From assembly GCA_963676915.2 (NCBI GenBank), contig CAXXVK010000067.1, positions 128,001 to 192,000 of the forward strand: a DNA stretch of 64,000 nucleotides, in the 5' to 3' direction. Numbering within the stretch: position 1 is the stretch's first letter; each line of letters begins with the position of its first letter. A program made the translations under genes and the position numbers. Positions 11,983 to 21,629 of this stretch are shown in pieces. The notes beneath the pieces are model-generated. The model searched no databases and was not told the origin of the DNA. It was given only the letters and a program-made list of their open reading frames with translations. The DNA is from Myxococcota bacterium. GTDB taxonomy: Bacteria; Myxococcota_A; SURF-8; G963663525.

Positions 11983-13653
11983 ATGCCAATGCTCAAGACA
12001 CCAATACTCCTATTATTATGTGGAATTCTGATAGGTGGTCTTTCGGCCTGCAACGACGATGACAGCAGCAACGATCAGACTCCCGGTGATACGGATACGA
12101 CAGAACAAACGGATACGGAAACCGGCGAAACCTCGGAAGGCCTCGTCACGCTGCCCGATACTCTCGACATCCAGTATTCTCGCGCCGATGTAGGAGAACC
12201 GCTGACCGAGGATGAAATCCGTGATTTCACGATGAAAGTGATGGGATTTCTGAAGAAAGTCCATTACTTCGACTACATCCTTTACACCACACACGGCGTC
12301 GATGCCTCTACCGGAATGAGTGACTGGCAGTTCTGGTACAATGAGCGTTTCCGCAAGGAAGGCGACAAGGTCGTATTCTATCATCCCGAAAATCTCACCG
12401 ACGGTGGACACAACTTGCACATTCCGATGAGCCGGGTATTGGGTGACACACTCGCCGCATACATGTTGATCGGAGACGAAACCATGGGACTTGCCGCCGA
12501 AAAGCTGTGCAAGGGAATGTCCGCTTCGATGCTGGGTATGGTGCGCGATGAAGACGACCCGGTTCATCATTTGATGTCCCGCAACGTGGTCCCGGCTTTG
12601 GTTCAGGATGAGTTCCTTACCCACGACGGCAAAAAGAAGGGCGTGGACTGCAGCGGCTGGTTTTCTCCCTACGATCGTTGGAATTGCTATCGGTTCAAAT
12701 ACGAAAACAATCCTTATTGGGGAGCTATGTGGGTTACCAGCATGCGTTCCAAGGATGATGTACCGCATATTTTCCGGTTGATTCCCAACCTGCGTTATGC
12801 CGTCGCCGAAATCGAAGACGAAAACGTACAGACCGCTTGTGCCGAGACGCTGGAACTGCTCGAAGCCTTTGCTAAAGATATCGTCGATTCAGACTACCGC
12901 ATCCGAACCAAGGACGAAAACGCAGATATTTACATCGCCGGGTACACGGATGACCAGGATTTGAACGAACAACAAGGCGATCTCTGCTCGTTTATCAACT
13001 ACCGGGAATGGTTGCCGGAAGGCGAATGCAATGCCCGGCGCGGCGCGGAACTGATCGGTTACCATCATGCCATCAATGAAGATTGCGGTCGGGGCGAGCC
13101 AAACCCTTATGACATCATCGCTTACAACCTCAATCGGTACAACAAGCGAATCTGCCGCTATTTCCATTTGTCTCACCTTGCCAATGCGTTGGTAAATGGT
13201 GACAACGAAGCCGCATTGCAATTGATGGACGGCCTCGAAGAACGGATGGAACAGGAGAAAAATACACCGGCAGAAGATATGCAGTACCCATACCATGACT
13301 GGTGGCGCAATCTGGCTTTGTACTTCACCCAGAGTCATAGCTACGGTTATCCCCTGACCAGCGAGGAGACCCGAGTGATTCACGAGTATTACCTGAAAGC
13401 CATCGATGAGATGAAGGACTGGCCGTACTGGGATCTCTGGGACGATTCGGTTGCCGATGGCACAACGGGCGGGTACCGTCCCGCCAATTGCGTAACGACC
13501 GACGGAGAGACGGATTGTTGGTGGCGGGTCGAAGACCTGGGGCAGCTTTTCGAAAACTGCTGGTCTCCACTGGTCAACCCAACAAGCGCGAATTTTGTGG
13601 ATTGCAGCATCGTACGCGATCCATCAAAATGGGACGAAGCCGCCGTGGATTAG
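11983..13653 (+). CDS. Hypothetical lipoprotein
   Basis: Lipobox GLSAC, acidic/Thr linker (NDDDSSNDQTPGDTDTTEQTDTETGE), GAGGAG RBS; no family recognised. Confidence 0.75.
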   Translation: MPMLKTPILLLLCGILIGGLSACNDDDSSNDQTPGDTDTTEQTDTETGETSEGLVTLPDTLDIQYSRADVGEPLTEDEIRDFTMKVMGFLKKVHYFDYILYTTHGVDASTGMSDWQFWYNERFRKEGDKVVFYHPENLTDGGHNLHIPMSRVLGDTLAAYMLIGDETMGLAAEKLCKGMSASMLGMVRDEDDPVHHLMSRNVVPALVQDEFLTHDGKKKGVDCSGWFSPYDRWNCYRFKYENNPYWGAMWVTSMRSKDDVPHIFRLIPNLRYAVAEIEDENVQTACAETLELLEAFAKDIVDSDYRIRTKDENADIYIAGYTDDQDLNEQQGDLCSFINYREWLPEGECNARRGAELIGYHHAINEDCGRGEPNPYDIIAYNLNRYNKRICRYFHLSHLANALVNGDNEAALQLMDGLEERMEQEKNTPAEDMQYPYHDWWRNLALYFTQSHSYGYPLTSEETRVIHEYYLKAIDEMKDWPYWDLWDDSVADGTTGGYRPANCVTTDGETDCWWRVEDLGQLFENCWSPLVNPTSANFVDCSIVRDPSKWDEAAVD

Positions 13654-13676
13654 TCTCAATTCTGCAAAACACCTCG

Positions 13677-13711
13677 ACGGGAGCAAGCCACTGGGTTCGC
13701 TCCCGTTTTTT
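13677..13711 (+). terminator. Rho-independent terminator
   Basis: ACGGGAGC...GCTCCCGT stem followed by a T-run, 24 nt after the lipoprotein stop. Confidence 0.75.
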
Positions 13712-13815
13712 GTGTGTCATGCCGGTGACTAACCGCGTTGCCTGGTTTGTCGTTGATTTACTGTTTGCACGTACTGTCAACAGGGCCAGAGCACGTCGGT
13801 TTTTCTTCTGAACCG

Positions 13816-13997
13816 TTAACCCGGATGATTCATGAAGAATCTACTACGACTTGAAAATTCTCGATCTTTCACTCGTTTCCCGATTTTCATCCTCGACAGA
13901 CTGTTCAGTATGCCTGCGGGTGAAAATCGTTCCAACTTCATGAAATATCATCGTTTTTCTACGTCTCGCTACGATCCTCATGAATAATCCGGGTTAA
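13816..13997. mobile_element. MITE-like element (182 bp) with terminal inverted repeats
   Basis: Left TTAACCCGGATGATTCATGA and right TCATGAATAATCCGGGTTAA are reverse complements (19/20); internal CGATTTTCATCC...GGGTGAAAATCG hairpin; no transposase. Confidence 0.75.
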
Positions 13998-14304
13998 ACG
14001 TTCTGATGGAGGTAAACTTGCGCTTCCTGTTGTCGCCGAAAAGGTGGAAACTAGAGGGATGCAAACAAGAAAAGCCAAGATAATCCATTATGAATCAATA
14101 AAAACGACGAAAAGTATCATCAGATAGTAAACATGAAATTATTTATGTCTTGTTTTGTGCAAGAATTTCTAAAAAAAGATGAGAAATCGTATTTCCCAGA
14201 AGTGCATTGTTTGTGGCTCCTGGTTTTCCGTTTGTCCTTGATCGTCCATGAATTGTTCTTAGAGCCAAGAGATAGAACCATGTGGAGACAAAAGCCGACT
14301 TCCG

Positions 14305-15363
14305 ATGATTTCTAAGCAAAACAAAACCGAAACATTTTTATGGGCGGATGTTATCCGATCCGGCGCTATTGTATTGGTTATCGTCATCCATGTAGCGGAT
14401 CTCGTGGTTCGAAAATGGCAGGATGTTCCCGATCTGTGGTGGCATACCGCCAACGTGTTCGGTTCGTTTGCAAGACCCGCCGTGCCGTTGTTTGTCATGC
14501 TGAGTGGCGCGTTGCTGCTCGGCCGACGGGAAACCTGGGACGTTTTCGTCAAGAAACGTCTGATGAGAATTCTGATTCCGCTATTGGCCTGGTCGGCCAT
14601 TTTTTTTCTGTATCGCTATTTTTACCATAACCATACTTTTTCACTGGAATCGGTGCTGAAGGGCTTGTACAGCGGTCATGCGTATTTTCATTTATGGTAT
14701 TTTTACATGCTGTTCGGTTTATACCTTTTGTTGCCGCTTCTTCGCATTCTTGTACAGCACGCAAGCAAACGTGAACTGATCTATATGATTTTACTGTGGT
14801 TTTTTGTGGTTTCTTTAAATGTCGTTACGCGAAAATATTTTGGATTCACCACCGGAATCGATCTGCTCAACATGGCAGGATATCTCGGGTTTTTTGTCGG
14901 CGGGTATGTAATCGTCAACTCGAAATTTTCCACCCGGTTTTTTATCTTGTCTCTGGTTATATTTTGGGTGGCATCTCTGGCGACGATTTTCGGAACGGCA
15001 GATATTGTTGAAGATGTAGAGAAATACAATGAATTTTTCTACAATTATCGTTCTTGGAACGTCGTGCTGGCGTCCTTTTCCTTTTTTATCGTCCTAAAAT
15101 ACGCAGCGGATCGCTGGGGAACTCTCCTCTCGAAACGGGGAGCTAGTCTTTTTGCAATAATTTCTTCTGCAAGTCTCGGCATGTATGTTTTTCATGTCAT
15201 TCCGCTGGAAATGCTCAAGTACGGTAGCTTGGGATTCACGATGCATCCGGCGAAATCCCCTCCCTGGTTCATGATTCCGGCCATGGTAGCGGTGGTTTTC
15301 GTGTCGTCGCTGCTTGTCGCCATCGTGTTGAAAAATCTGCCACTCGTTCGGCGAATCGTTTAG
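14305..15363 (+). CDS. Acyltransferase family 3 (WecH/YiaH-like O-acetyltransferase)
   Basis: DVIRSGAIVLVIVIH, AVPLFVMLSGALLL, KRLMRILIP, HLWYFY, SLGMYVFH motifs; about 10 TM segments. Confidence 0.88.
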   Translation: MISKQNKTETFLWADVIRSGAIVLVIVIHVADLVVRKWQDVPDLWWHTANVFGSFARPAVPLFVMLSGALLLGRRETWDVFVKKRLMRILIPLLAWSAIFFLYRYFYHNHTFSLESVLKGLYSGHAYFHLWYFYMLFGLYLLLPLLRILVQHASKRELIYMILLWFFVVSLNVVTRKYFGFTTGIDLLNMAGYLGFFVGGYVIVNSKFSTRFFILSLVIFWVASLATIFGTADIVEDVEKYNEFFYNYRSWNVVLASFSFFIVLKYAADRWGTLLSKRGASLFAIISSASLGMYVFHVIPLEMLKYGSLGFTMHPAKSPPWFMIPAMVAVVFVSSLLVAIVLKNLPLVRRIV

Positions 15364-16214
15364 GTGGCGGTCTTGGCAAGCAGGTAATTGACAAAAGCGG
15401 TGCAGGTTACAAGCATAAACTTTGCATCTTCAAATGGAACGTTAGAATTTTCAGACAAGGCATGTCGGATTCCATTGGAATTTGAAGTGTACCCGTAAAT
15501 ATTTCCGAAAGCAGTTTCCAAAGCAGGATGCAATACCATTGGATGCTTTGCTTTTAGAGATTTAAGGGCTGGTTTAATTCCGGAATGCCTTTCTGCTGTG
15601 ATGATATTGAGTATACACTCGACTGCACTGATCGATTCTTTGATGCTATTTCGATAATCTGGATTTTTTCTATCTGAAAGCATTTTTAGAGCTTCAGAAA
15701 GATGTGTATGCACAGGGGAAAATTTTCCAGTGGAAGTTTCAGAGAGTCCTTGTTCGATAGCCTTTATTTCGGTTTTGTCTGTAAAGGGGACAAATATATT
15801 ATTCTTAAATCGATATGCAGAATTTTCAATTTCTAAGTCATGATTCATTAAAAAAACACATCTTGTTCTTTCAATAGTTTTTATTTTATAGAAGCTGTTG
15901 ATAAAAAACTCCATAAAATCATATATATGATGCCATTCTGCAGATGGTCCCCAAAACCAATTTCTAATATAAGCACTATAGTCGGAAACGAAATTTGGCA
16001 TCTTATCTAAAGGTTCTATAAAGAAATATTTCCAAAGTGAATAAAAAGACTTTCTATTTGGGTGCTCATCACAAGTTAAGTGCAGATAATTTCTATCAAA
16101 AACGTCGCTTTGAATTCTATTCCATAGTTTTGTTTTAAGAGTATCATCCATTGATTCCAATTGAATTGCTTTTTTTAAATTTTCAAATCCCATACGCTTA
16201 GAAAAATGGCTCAT
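15360..16214 (-). CDS. AbiJ-NTD4 / HEPN-like protein (putative abortive-infection component)
   Basis: N-terminal FSKRMG...IQLESMDDTLKTKLWN, then NPDYRNSIKESISAVE, HPAL..AFGNIYGYTS..GIRHAL, EDAKFMLVTC, matching my recall of this family; visibly AT-rich. Confidence 0.7.
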   Translation of the reverse strand: MSHFSKRMGFENLKKAIQLESMDDTLKTKLWNRIQSDVFDRNYLHLTCDEHPNRKSFYSLWKYFFIEPLDKMPNFVSDYSAYIRNWFWGPSAEWHHIYDFMEFFINSFYKIKTIERTRCVFLMNHDLEIENSAYRFKNNIFVPFTDKTEIKAIEQGLSETSTGKFSPVHTHLSEALKMLSDRKNPDYRNSIKESISAVECILNIITAERHSGIKPALKSLKAKHPMVLHPALETAFGNIYGYTSNSNGIRHALSENSNVPFEDAKFMLVTCTAFVNYLLAKTAT

Positions 16215-16364
16215 TTGTATTATTTCCTTTGTCCAAATGTAAACAATTATATTTTGCTACAATAGATTCTTTGCGTCAAATTGAAACGCCTCCTGTCAAA
16301 TTGCCGTTGCCAACCGTTTCCGGTTTCGGTACCATAGAGAAAAGCCTTGCAAGGAGGACAACCC

Positions 16365-18623
16365 ATGCCAGACGCCAAGCCCAGGCTCGAAGAGATTTCC
16401 CAGCGGATCAAGGAACGGTTCGAATCGCGTCGCCAGATTCTTACGTTCGAACAATATATGGAGATGGTCTACGAGCACCCCGAGCGTTTCGTGCGGTCTT
16501 CGGTGCAATATCTGCTCGATATGATCGACTTTTTCGGTCGCCGTGACGGTAGCGACGGAAACGGTAAACGCGGTGGGTATAAAGTTTTCGACATGGAGTT
16601 TGCCGACCCCAATATGGCAATGGCAGGCGAAGAGCGTGTGCAGGAAGACGTGGTGCGTATTCTACGCGGTTTTGCCTCGGCGGGACGTGCCAACAAGCTG
16701 ATTTTGATGCATGGTCCCAACGGGTCGAGCAAATCTACCTTCGTTTCCTGCTTGATGGCCGGTCTCGCGCATTATTCCCATACCGACGAAGGGGCTTTGT
16801 ACCGTCTCAACTGGATTTTCCCGGAAGAAAAGCTGACTCGGGAGCGGATCGGCTTCAACAAGGAAAAAAACGAGCCGATTCCTTTGGGCGATTCCTACGC
16901 AACGCTACCCGAGGAACGCATCGCGGCAAAAATTCCCTGTGAGTTGCGAGATTCGCCGTTGTTGTTGTTCCCCAAAGATGAGCGGAACAAGATCTTTGAG
17001 GAACTTTTCGGCAAAGATCAGGAAAAATCGAAATGGCGGTTGCCGGCTACGTTGCTTGAAGGCAATCTGGCTCCGCGCAGCAAGGCGATTTTCGACGCCC
17101 TGTTGAGCGCGTACAAGGGTGATTTCTCCCGTGTGATGCAGCACGTTCAGGTGGAGCGCTGGAACATCTCCAGCCACTACAAGATCGGGGCCGTGACCAT
17201 CGAGCCGGAAATGAGCGTGGACGCCGGGATGCGACAATTGACCATGGATCGCAGCCTGCAAAATCTGCCGCCGATCCTGCAAAATCTCTCTTTGTATCAG
17301 GCCGAAGGGCGACTCGTGGAAGCCAACCATGGGATCATTGAGTTTTCCGATATGCTAAAACGGCACCCGGAAAGCTTCAAGTACCTGCTGTCGGCGACCG
17401 AAAAAGGGACGGTCAACCTCGACGCCGCGTTGTTGCAACTGGATCTTGTGTTTATCGGTTCAACGAACGACAATTTCCTCGGGGCGTTCATTCAGGGGCA
17501 CAAGGCCGAGTACATTTCTTATCTGGGGCGCTGGGAACTGGTACATGTTCCGTATCTGCTCGACTACCGGGACGAAAAGAAAATTTACGACAACCAATTG
17601 CTGTTGGAACGCCACGGACGGGAGCTGGCTCCCCATACGACCGAAATTGCAGCGCTTTTCGCGGTATTGACACGGCTCAAGCGCCCGAATCCCGAGCACT
17701 ACCCGGAGGCGTTGCGCGATATCGTCGAGCGGATCAATCCTTTGGAAAAAGCGCTGTTCTATGCAGACGGTACGATTCCCGTCTGGGTGGACAACTCCAA
17801 GCGCAAGGAATTCAGCCGTATCCGACCGCGTATGATGGGAGAATTCAGTCGACGGGAAAACTACGAAGGAGAATCCGGCGCGTCTCCGAGAGAAATGAAA
17901 ATCATGTTGCTCAATGCATCGCAGGGAAAAAGCGGCGGATGCATTACACCCGTTGCGGTTATGTCCGAGTTACGGCGGATGATCATGGACAAGTCGGTGT
18001 ACGTGTTTCTCAATGAGGAAGCGGATGGCGATTACCACGATTTTACCAAAATCCTGTCCTATCTCGAAAAATATTACCTCGACATCCTCGACAGGGAAAT
18101 CCGTTCGGGGCTGGATCTCGTCGCACCGGGTCAATACGCCGAAATCATTGCCCGATATGTGGAAAACGTCTCGGCCTGGGTGCAGAAACGTCGCCTTGTC
18201 GATCGGGTAACCGGACAGGAAAAAGATGTGGATCAAAGGTTCATGATTGACATCGAGCAGAAAATCGCCGGAGGAGACGATACCGAAAAATTCCGTCGCG
18301 ACCTGATTTCACAGGTTGGTGCCTATGCTTTGGAGCATCCTGACGAAGAAGTCGATAACGTGATCCTTTTCGATAGGTATATCAAGCGCCTGGAAGATTT
18401 CTACTTCAACAAGAATCGCAAAAAAGTCTCGATCGCCGGTGAAAACCTGCTGAAATTCACCTCGGATAAAAAAGACGATATAAGCAAGGAAGATCAGGCT
18501 ATTGTGGAAACGATGCTGGAGAAACTCTCCTCGGAACACGGATACTCCCCCGAGTGCACCAAGATCGTGTTTTCCTATCTATGGAATCGCCGCTATCGTG
18601 GACGGATGGAAACGGATGATTAA
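16365..18623 (+). CDS. prkA: PrkA/YeaG family serine protein kinase (AAA+)
   Basis: Walker A LHGPNGSSKST, ANHGIIEFSDMLK, LAPHT, GASPRE motifs; AAGGAGG RBS before ATG 16365. Confidence 0.85.
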   Translation: MPDAKPRLEEISQRIKERFESRRQILTFEQYMEMVYEHPERFVRSSVQYLLDMIDFFGRRDGSDGNGKRGGYKVFDMEFADPNMAMAGEERVQEDVVRILRGFASAGRANKLILMHGPNGSSKSTFVSCLMAGLAHYSHTDEGALYRLNWIFPEEKLTRERIGFNKEKNEPIPLGDSYATLPEERIAAKIPCELRDSPLLLFPKDERNKIFEELFGKDQEKSKWRLPATLLEGNLAPRSKAIFDALLSAYKGDFSRVMQHVQVERWNISSHYKIGAVTIEPEMSVDAGMRQLTMDRSLQNLPPILQNLSLYQAEGRLVEANHGIIEFSDMLKRHPESFKYLLSATEKGTVNLDAALLQLDLVFIGSTNDNFLGAFIQGHKAEYISYLGRWELVHVPYLLDYRDEKKIYDNQLLLERHGRELAPHTTEIAALFAVLTRLKRPNPEHYPEALRDIVERINPLEKALFYADGTIPVWVDNSKRKEFSRIRPRMMGEFSRRENYEGESGASPREMKIMLLNASQGKSGGCITPVAVMSELRRMIMDKSVYVFLNEEADGDYHDFTKILSYLEKYYLDILDREIRSGLDLVAPGQYAEIIARYVENVSAWVQKRRLVDRVTGQEKDVDQRFMIDIEQKIAGGDDTEKFRRDLISQVGAYALEHPDEEVDNVILFDRYIKRLEDFYFNKNRKKVSIAGENLLKFTSDKKDDISKEDQAIVETMLEKLSSEHGYSPECTKIVFSYLWNRRYRGRMETDD

Positions 18624-18647
18624 ATAGTACGGAAAACAGGAGCTGAT

Positions 18648-19826
18648 TCAGGGTATTTCGTCAGATGGCACGGCTTCTTCCGTCGTTGAAGCCTGTGCCA
18701 GTTGGGGAATCAGACGGATAGCGTTTTCGGCGTAGACTTTGCGCAGAACTTCCTTGGGCAGGTCGATGGCGTCGATCAGCCAGTCCCCCTGAATGGGTGT
18801 GGGATGTTCGATCCGGCGGTCATCGGTTTCCAGAAAACGCCAATGCCGATTGAAGAATTCCTCGGCGTCGTCCTTGGTTTTCGGTTTGCCGTCGGAAGAC
18901 CCCAGGGTGAGGGATTGCGGGAAAATACCGATATCGGTGCCGAAGAGGATGCGATCCTGATGTTTGATGAACAGCGCCCGGAGTTTATCGGGATCGTGGC
19001 GACCGATTTCGGGGATGCGGGCGGCAATATCGACGTACAGGTTGGGGTAGGTATCCAACATGCGTTCCACGTTGCCGATGTCTTCCGGGTCGTTGCCGAA
19101 ATGCACCCCGATAAAGCGCGTATTCTTGTGCTTTTTTACGACATTTTCGAATTGTTCGAGTAGAGTTTCCCGTTTGGGAAATCCCTGTCGGGCGAAACTC
19201 CAAGAGGGATGTTCTTTGAGTTCGGCGTATCGTTCGTTCTCCGGGGTGACCGGTTCCCAAAATGCTTTCGGGTCGCCCGTGTGAATGTAAACAGGAACGC
19301 CCAATTCTCCCGCTTTTTTCCATAAAGGGTCCATCAACGGGCTGTCGACCGGCAAAAACGTTTTGAAATCCGGTGGTTCTCCCCAGTACAACCCCAGTCC
19401 TTTGTTGATTTTCAAAGCTACGGCACCGTGCTGCTTGACATCTTCTTCCAGTAGGTTGGCGTTGTATTCCCCGAAATTTTTTTCGGGAAGGGCGGACCAA
19501 TCGGGGTTGTGCGCCAACAGTACGCGGTCGGTATATTGACGGAAAGCCTCGGCACGGGCGACGAACTGTTCTCCGAATCCACCGGACAGATTGACGATAC
19601 GATAAATTCCGTTGCGGTTCATGATGTCTAGGATGTCGGGAAGGGCGCGGGGACTGAGGTGGGAATGGGCATCGATCACCACAAAGCCGTTGTGGCGGAT
19701 CGTCACCTCCGGCAACAGGGAGTCGTCTTCGGCGAACATGTCCATCACAAGATTCCCCAGCGACCAGACAAAGGGAACCAGGGTTAAAATTGCAGCGACA
19801 ATGAAAAATACGCGGGCCTTCAACAT
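18648..19826 (-). CDS. Membrane-anchored amidohydrolase family 2 protein
   Basis: IDAHSH, IHTGDP, FIGVHFG, YPNLYVD, DRILFGTD motifs; N-terminal hydrophobic helix; GAGGAG RBS before ATG 19826. Confidence 0.85.
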   Translation of the reverse strand: MLKARVFFIVAAILTLVPFVWSLGNLVMDMFAEDDSLLPEVTIRHNGFVVIDAHSHLSPRALPDILDIMNRNGIYRIVNLSGGFGEQFVARAEAFRQYTDRVLLAHNPDWSALPEKNFGEYNANLLEEDVKQHGAVALKINKGLGLYWGEPPDFKTFLPVDSPLMDPLWKKAGELGVPVYIHTGDPKAFWEPVTPENERYAELKEHPSWSFARQGFPKRETLLEQFENVVKKHKNTRFIGVHFGNDPEDIGNVERMLDTYPNLYVDIAARIPEIGRHDPDKLRALFIKHQDRILFGTDIGIFPQSLTLGSSDGKPKTKDDAEEFFNRHWRFLETDDRRIEHPTPIQGDWLIDAIDLPKEVLRKVYAENAIRLIPQLAQASTTEEAVPSDEIP

Positions 19827-20206
19827 GACAACTCCTCGTGAATGCTCACGGAGTATAGCACAATTCCAAAGGGGAAAACATGGTCCTAATCGTAGAAAAC
19901 CGCAACAACTCGCTCCATGGTGGATCATGATTTCTATTCTTGTACATGAATTGCATTGAAGGATGTTTGCTTGGAAGGGGAGGGGAACTCTTCCACCGCC
20001 AGGCGAATGGTCTTGAGAACACGAGGAATACGGATCGATGATCTCGGTGTCTATTTCATCAGATTCAGTCGACTCTAGAATTGAATCACCCTGAAATACA
20101 TTGCGTTTCCATTATGGGATTGGTATGATTTTACCTAGATAGAGGAAAAGATTTCCGAGTTTGACGTGGATCGCACGATTGTGGTTCCATGAGGAGGTAA
20201 ATCGAA

Positions 20207-20473
20207 ATGGCGATGATTGATCGTCCCGAAGCTGCCCGCAGACTGGCGCGTGCCATCGCTAGCGATCTGGCGCTTTACAATGAAGATAAAATCGTCCTTG
20301 GTCTGAAAAACGATACGTTTTTCAAGGAGATGGAAGAGGAGATCACCGAAGGTCGTGAACTGTACGAAGCTCGGGTTTCTCCCACTTTGCGGGCCGATAC
20401 CAACTACTACGAGCGAGCCTTGATCGATATTATCATCAAGCCCAAATCCCACATCAAAACGCCGATCTGGTAG
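20207..20473 (+). CDS. romX: RomX-like small protein (MglA GEF subunit homolog)
   Basis: 88 aa, ARRLARAIASDLALYNE...EGRELY..RVS...N.YERA..DI....SH.KT.IW matches my recall of Myxococcus RomX; GAGGAGG RBS; directly upstream of rluD. Confidence 0.7.
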   Translation: MAMIDRPEAARRLARAIASDLALYNEDKIVLGLKNDTFFKEMEEEITEGRELYEARVSPTLRADTNYYERALIDIIIKPKSHIKTPIW

Positions 20474-20475
20474 TC

Positions 20476-21456
20476 TTGTCTGCTACTATCACTCGTATTA
20501 TCGTGAGCGAAAACGAAGCGGGGCAGCGTTTGGACCGCTTCGTTTCGGACAAAACCGGTGCGAGCCGAAATCGGGTCCAAAACCACATCCAAAAGAACTG
20601 TTGTTCGGTCAATGGGCGGATCGAAAAGCCTTCGTATAAGCTCAAATCCGGCGATGCGGTCGAGTACGCGCCTCCCGAGCCGGTGGCCACCGAAGTGATT
20701 CCTCAGGATATTCCGTTGAATGTGGTGTACGAAGACTCCGACGTGATTGTTATCAATAAACCGGCGGGGATGGTCGTGCACCCTGCCGCAGGAAACCCGG
20801 ACGGAACGCTTGTCAATGCCCTGCTGTTTCATTGCAAAGATATGAAGGGAATCGGTGATGTCCAGCGTCCGGGGATTGTCCATCGGATCGACAAAGACAC
20901 CTCCGGCCTGCTTGTGGTGGCGAAAAACGACGAAGCCCACGCGGGATTGTCCGAGCAGTTCGCCGTCCACGATATCGAGCGGGAATACCACCTGTTTTGC
21001 TTCGGCAGTCCCGACGACGATAAGGGAACGTTTAATCGCCCGATTTCCCGCCATCCCAACGACCGCAAACGGTTCACGTCGTTGCAGAACCGAGGAAAAA
21101 CCGCCGTGACGCATTGGCACTGGCTGGCTCGCCTGGGATCGATAGGCTATGGCGTGGCGCGTCTGGAAACCGGCCGCACCCACCAGATTCGCGTGCATTT
21201 CAGCGACGCCGGACTTCCCATCGTAGGCGATCCGGTCTATACTCATCCCCGACGCGCGAAACATCTCACCGAACCCGATGTACGAATCGAAGTGCTGAAG
21301 ATCAAACGGCAGGCGTTGCATGCGAAAACCTTGGGGTTCAGGCACCCCATTACGGGGGAAGCCCTACGATTTTCCTCGGCTTTGCCAGAGGATATGGACG
21401 AGTTGTTGCAGTTTTTGACGAAACGCTACGGATCTTTCGAGAATAACGAGGTATGA
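20476..21456 (+). CDS. rluD: RluA/RluD family 23S rRNA pseudouridine synthase
   Basis: S4 domain (GQRLDRF), INKPAGMVVHP, GIVHRIDKDTSG catalytic motif, LETGRTHQIRVH, QALHA. Confidence 0.9.
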   Translation: MSATITRIIVSENEAGQRLDRFVSDKTGASRNRVQNHIQKNCCSVNGRIEKPSYKLKSGDAVEYAPPEPVATEVIPQDIPLNVVYEDSDVIVINKPAGMVVHPAAGNPDGTLVNALLFHCKDMKGIGDVQRPGIVHRIDKDTSGLLVVAKNDEAHAGLSEQFAVHDIEREYHLFCFGSPDDDKGTFNRPISRHPNDRKRFTSLQNRGKTAVTHWHWLARLGSIGYGVARLETGRTHQIRVHFSDAGLPIVGDPVYTHPRRAKHLTEPDVRIEVLKIKRQALHAKTLGFRHPITGEALRFSSALPEDMDELLQFLTKRYGSFENNEV

Positions 21457-21629
21457 CCCGATCTTTCGAAAACTCGTTCAGGCCAAGATTTCAACCGATG
21501 GTTGATCGCTACTGAAAAAGTTTGCTGGAAATCGATCGGAAATACCCGGGCGCGCAGTACTCCTAGGAATGCTTGATCAAGAGCATTTTTTATATTGGGA
21601 TGGGTAATATATAAATTGCAATTAACTCC

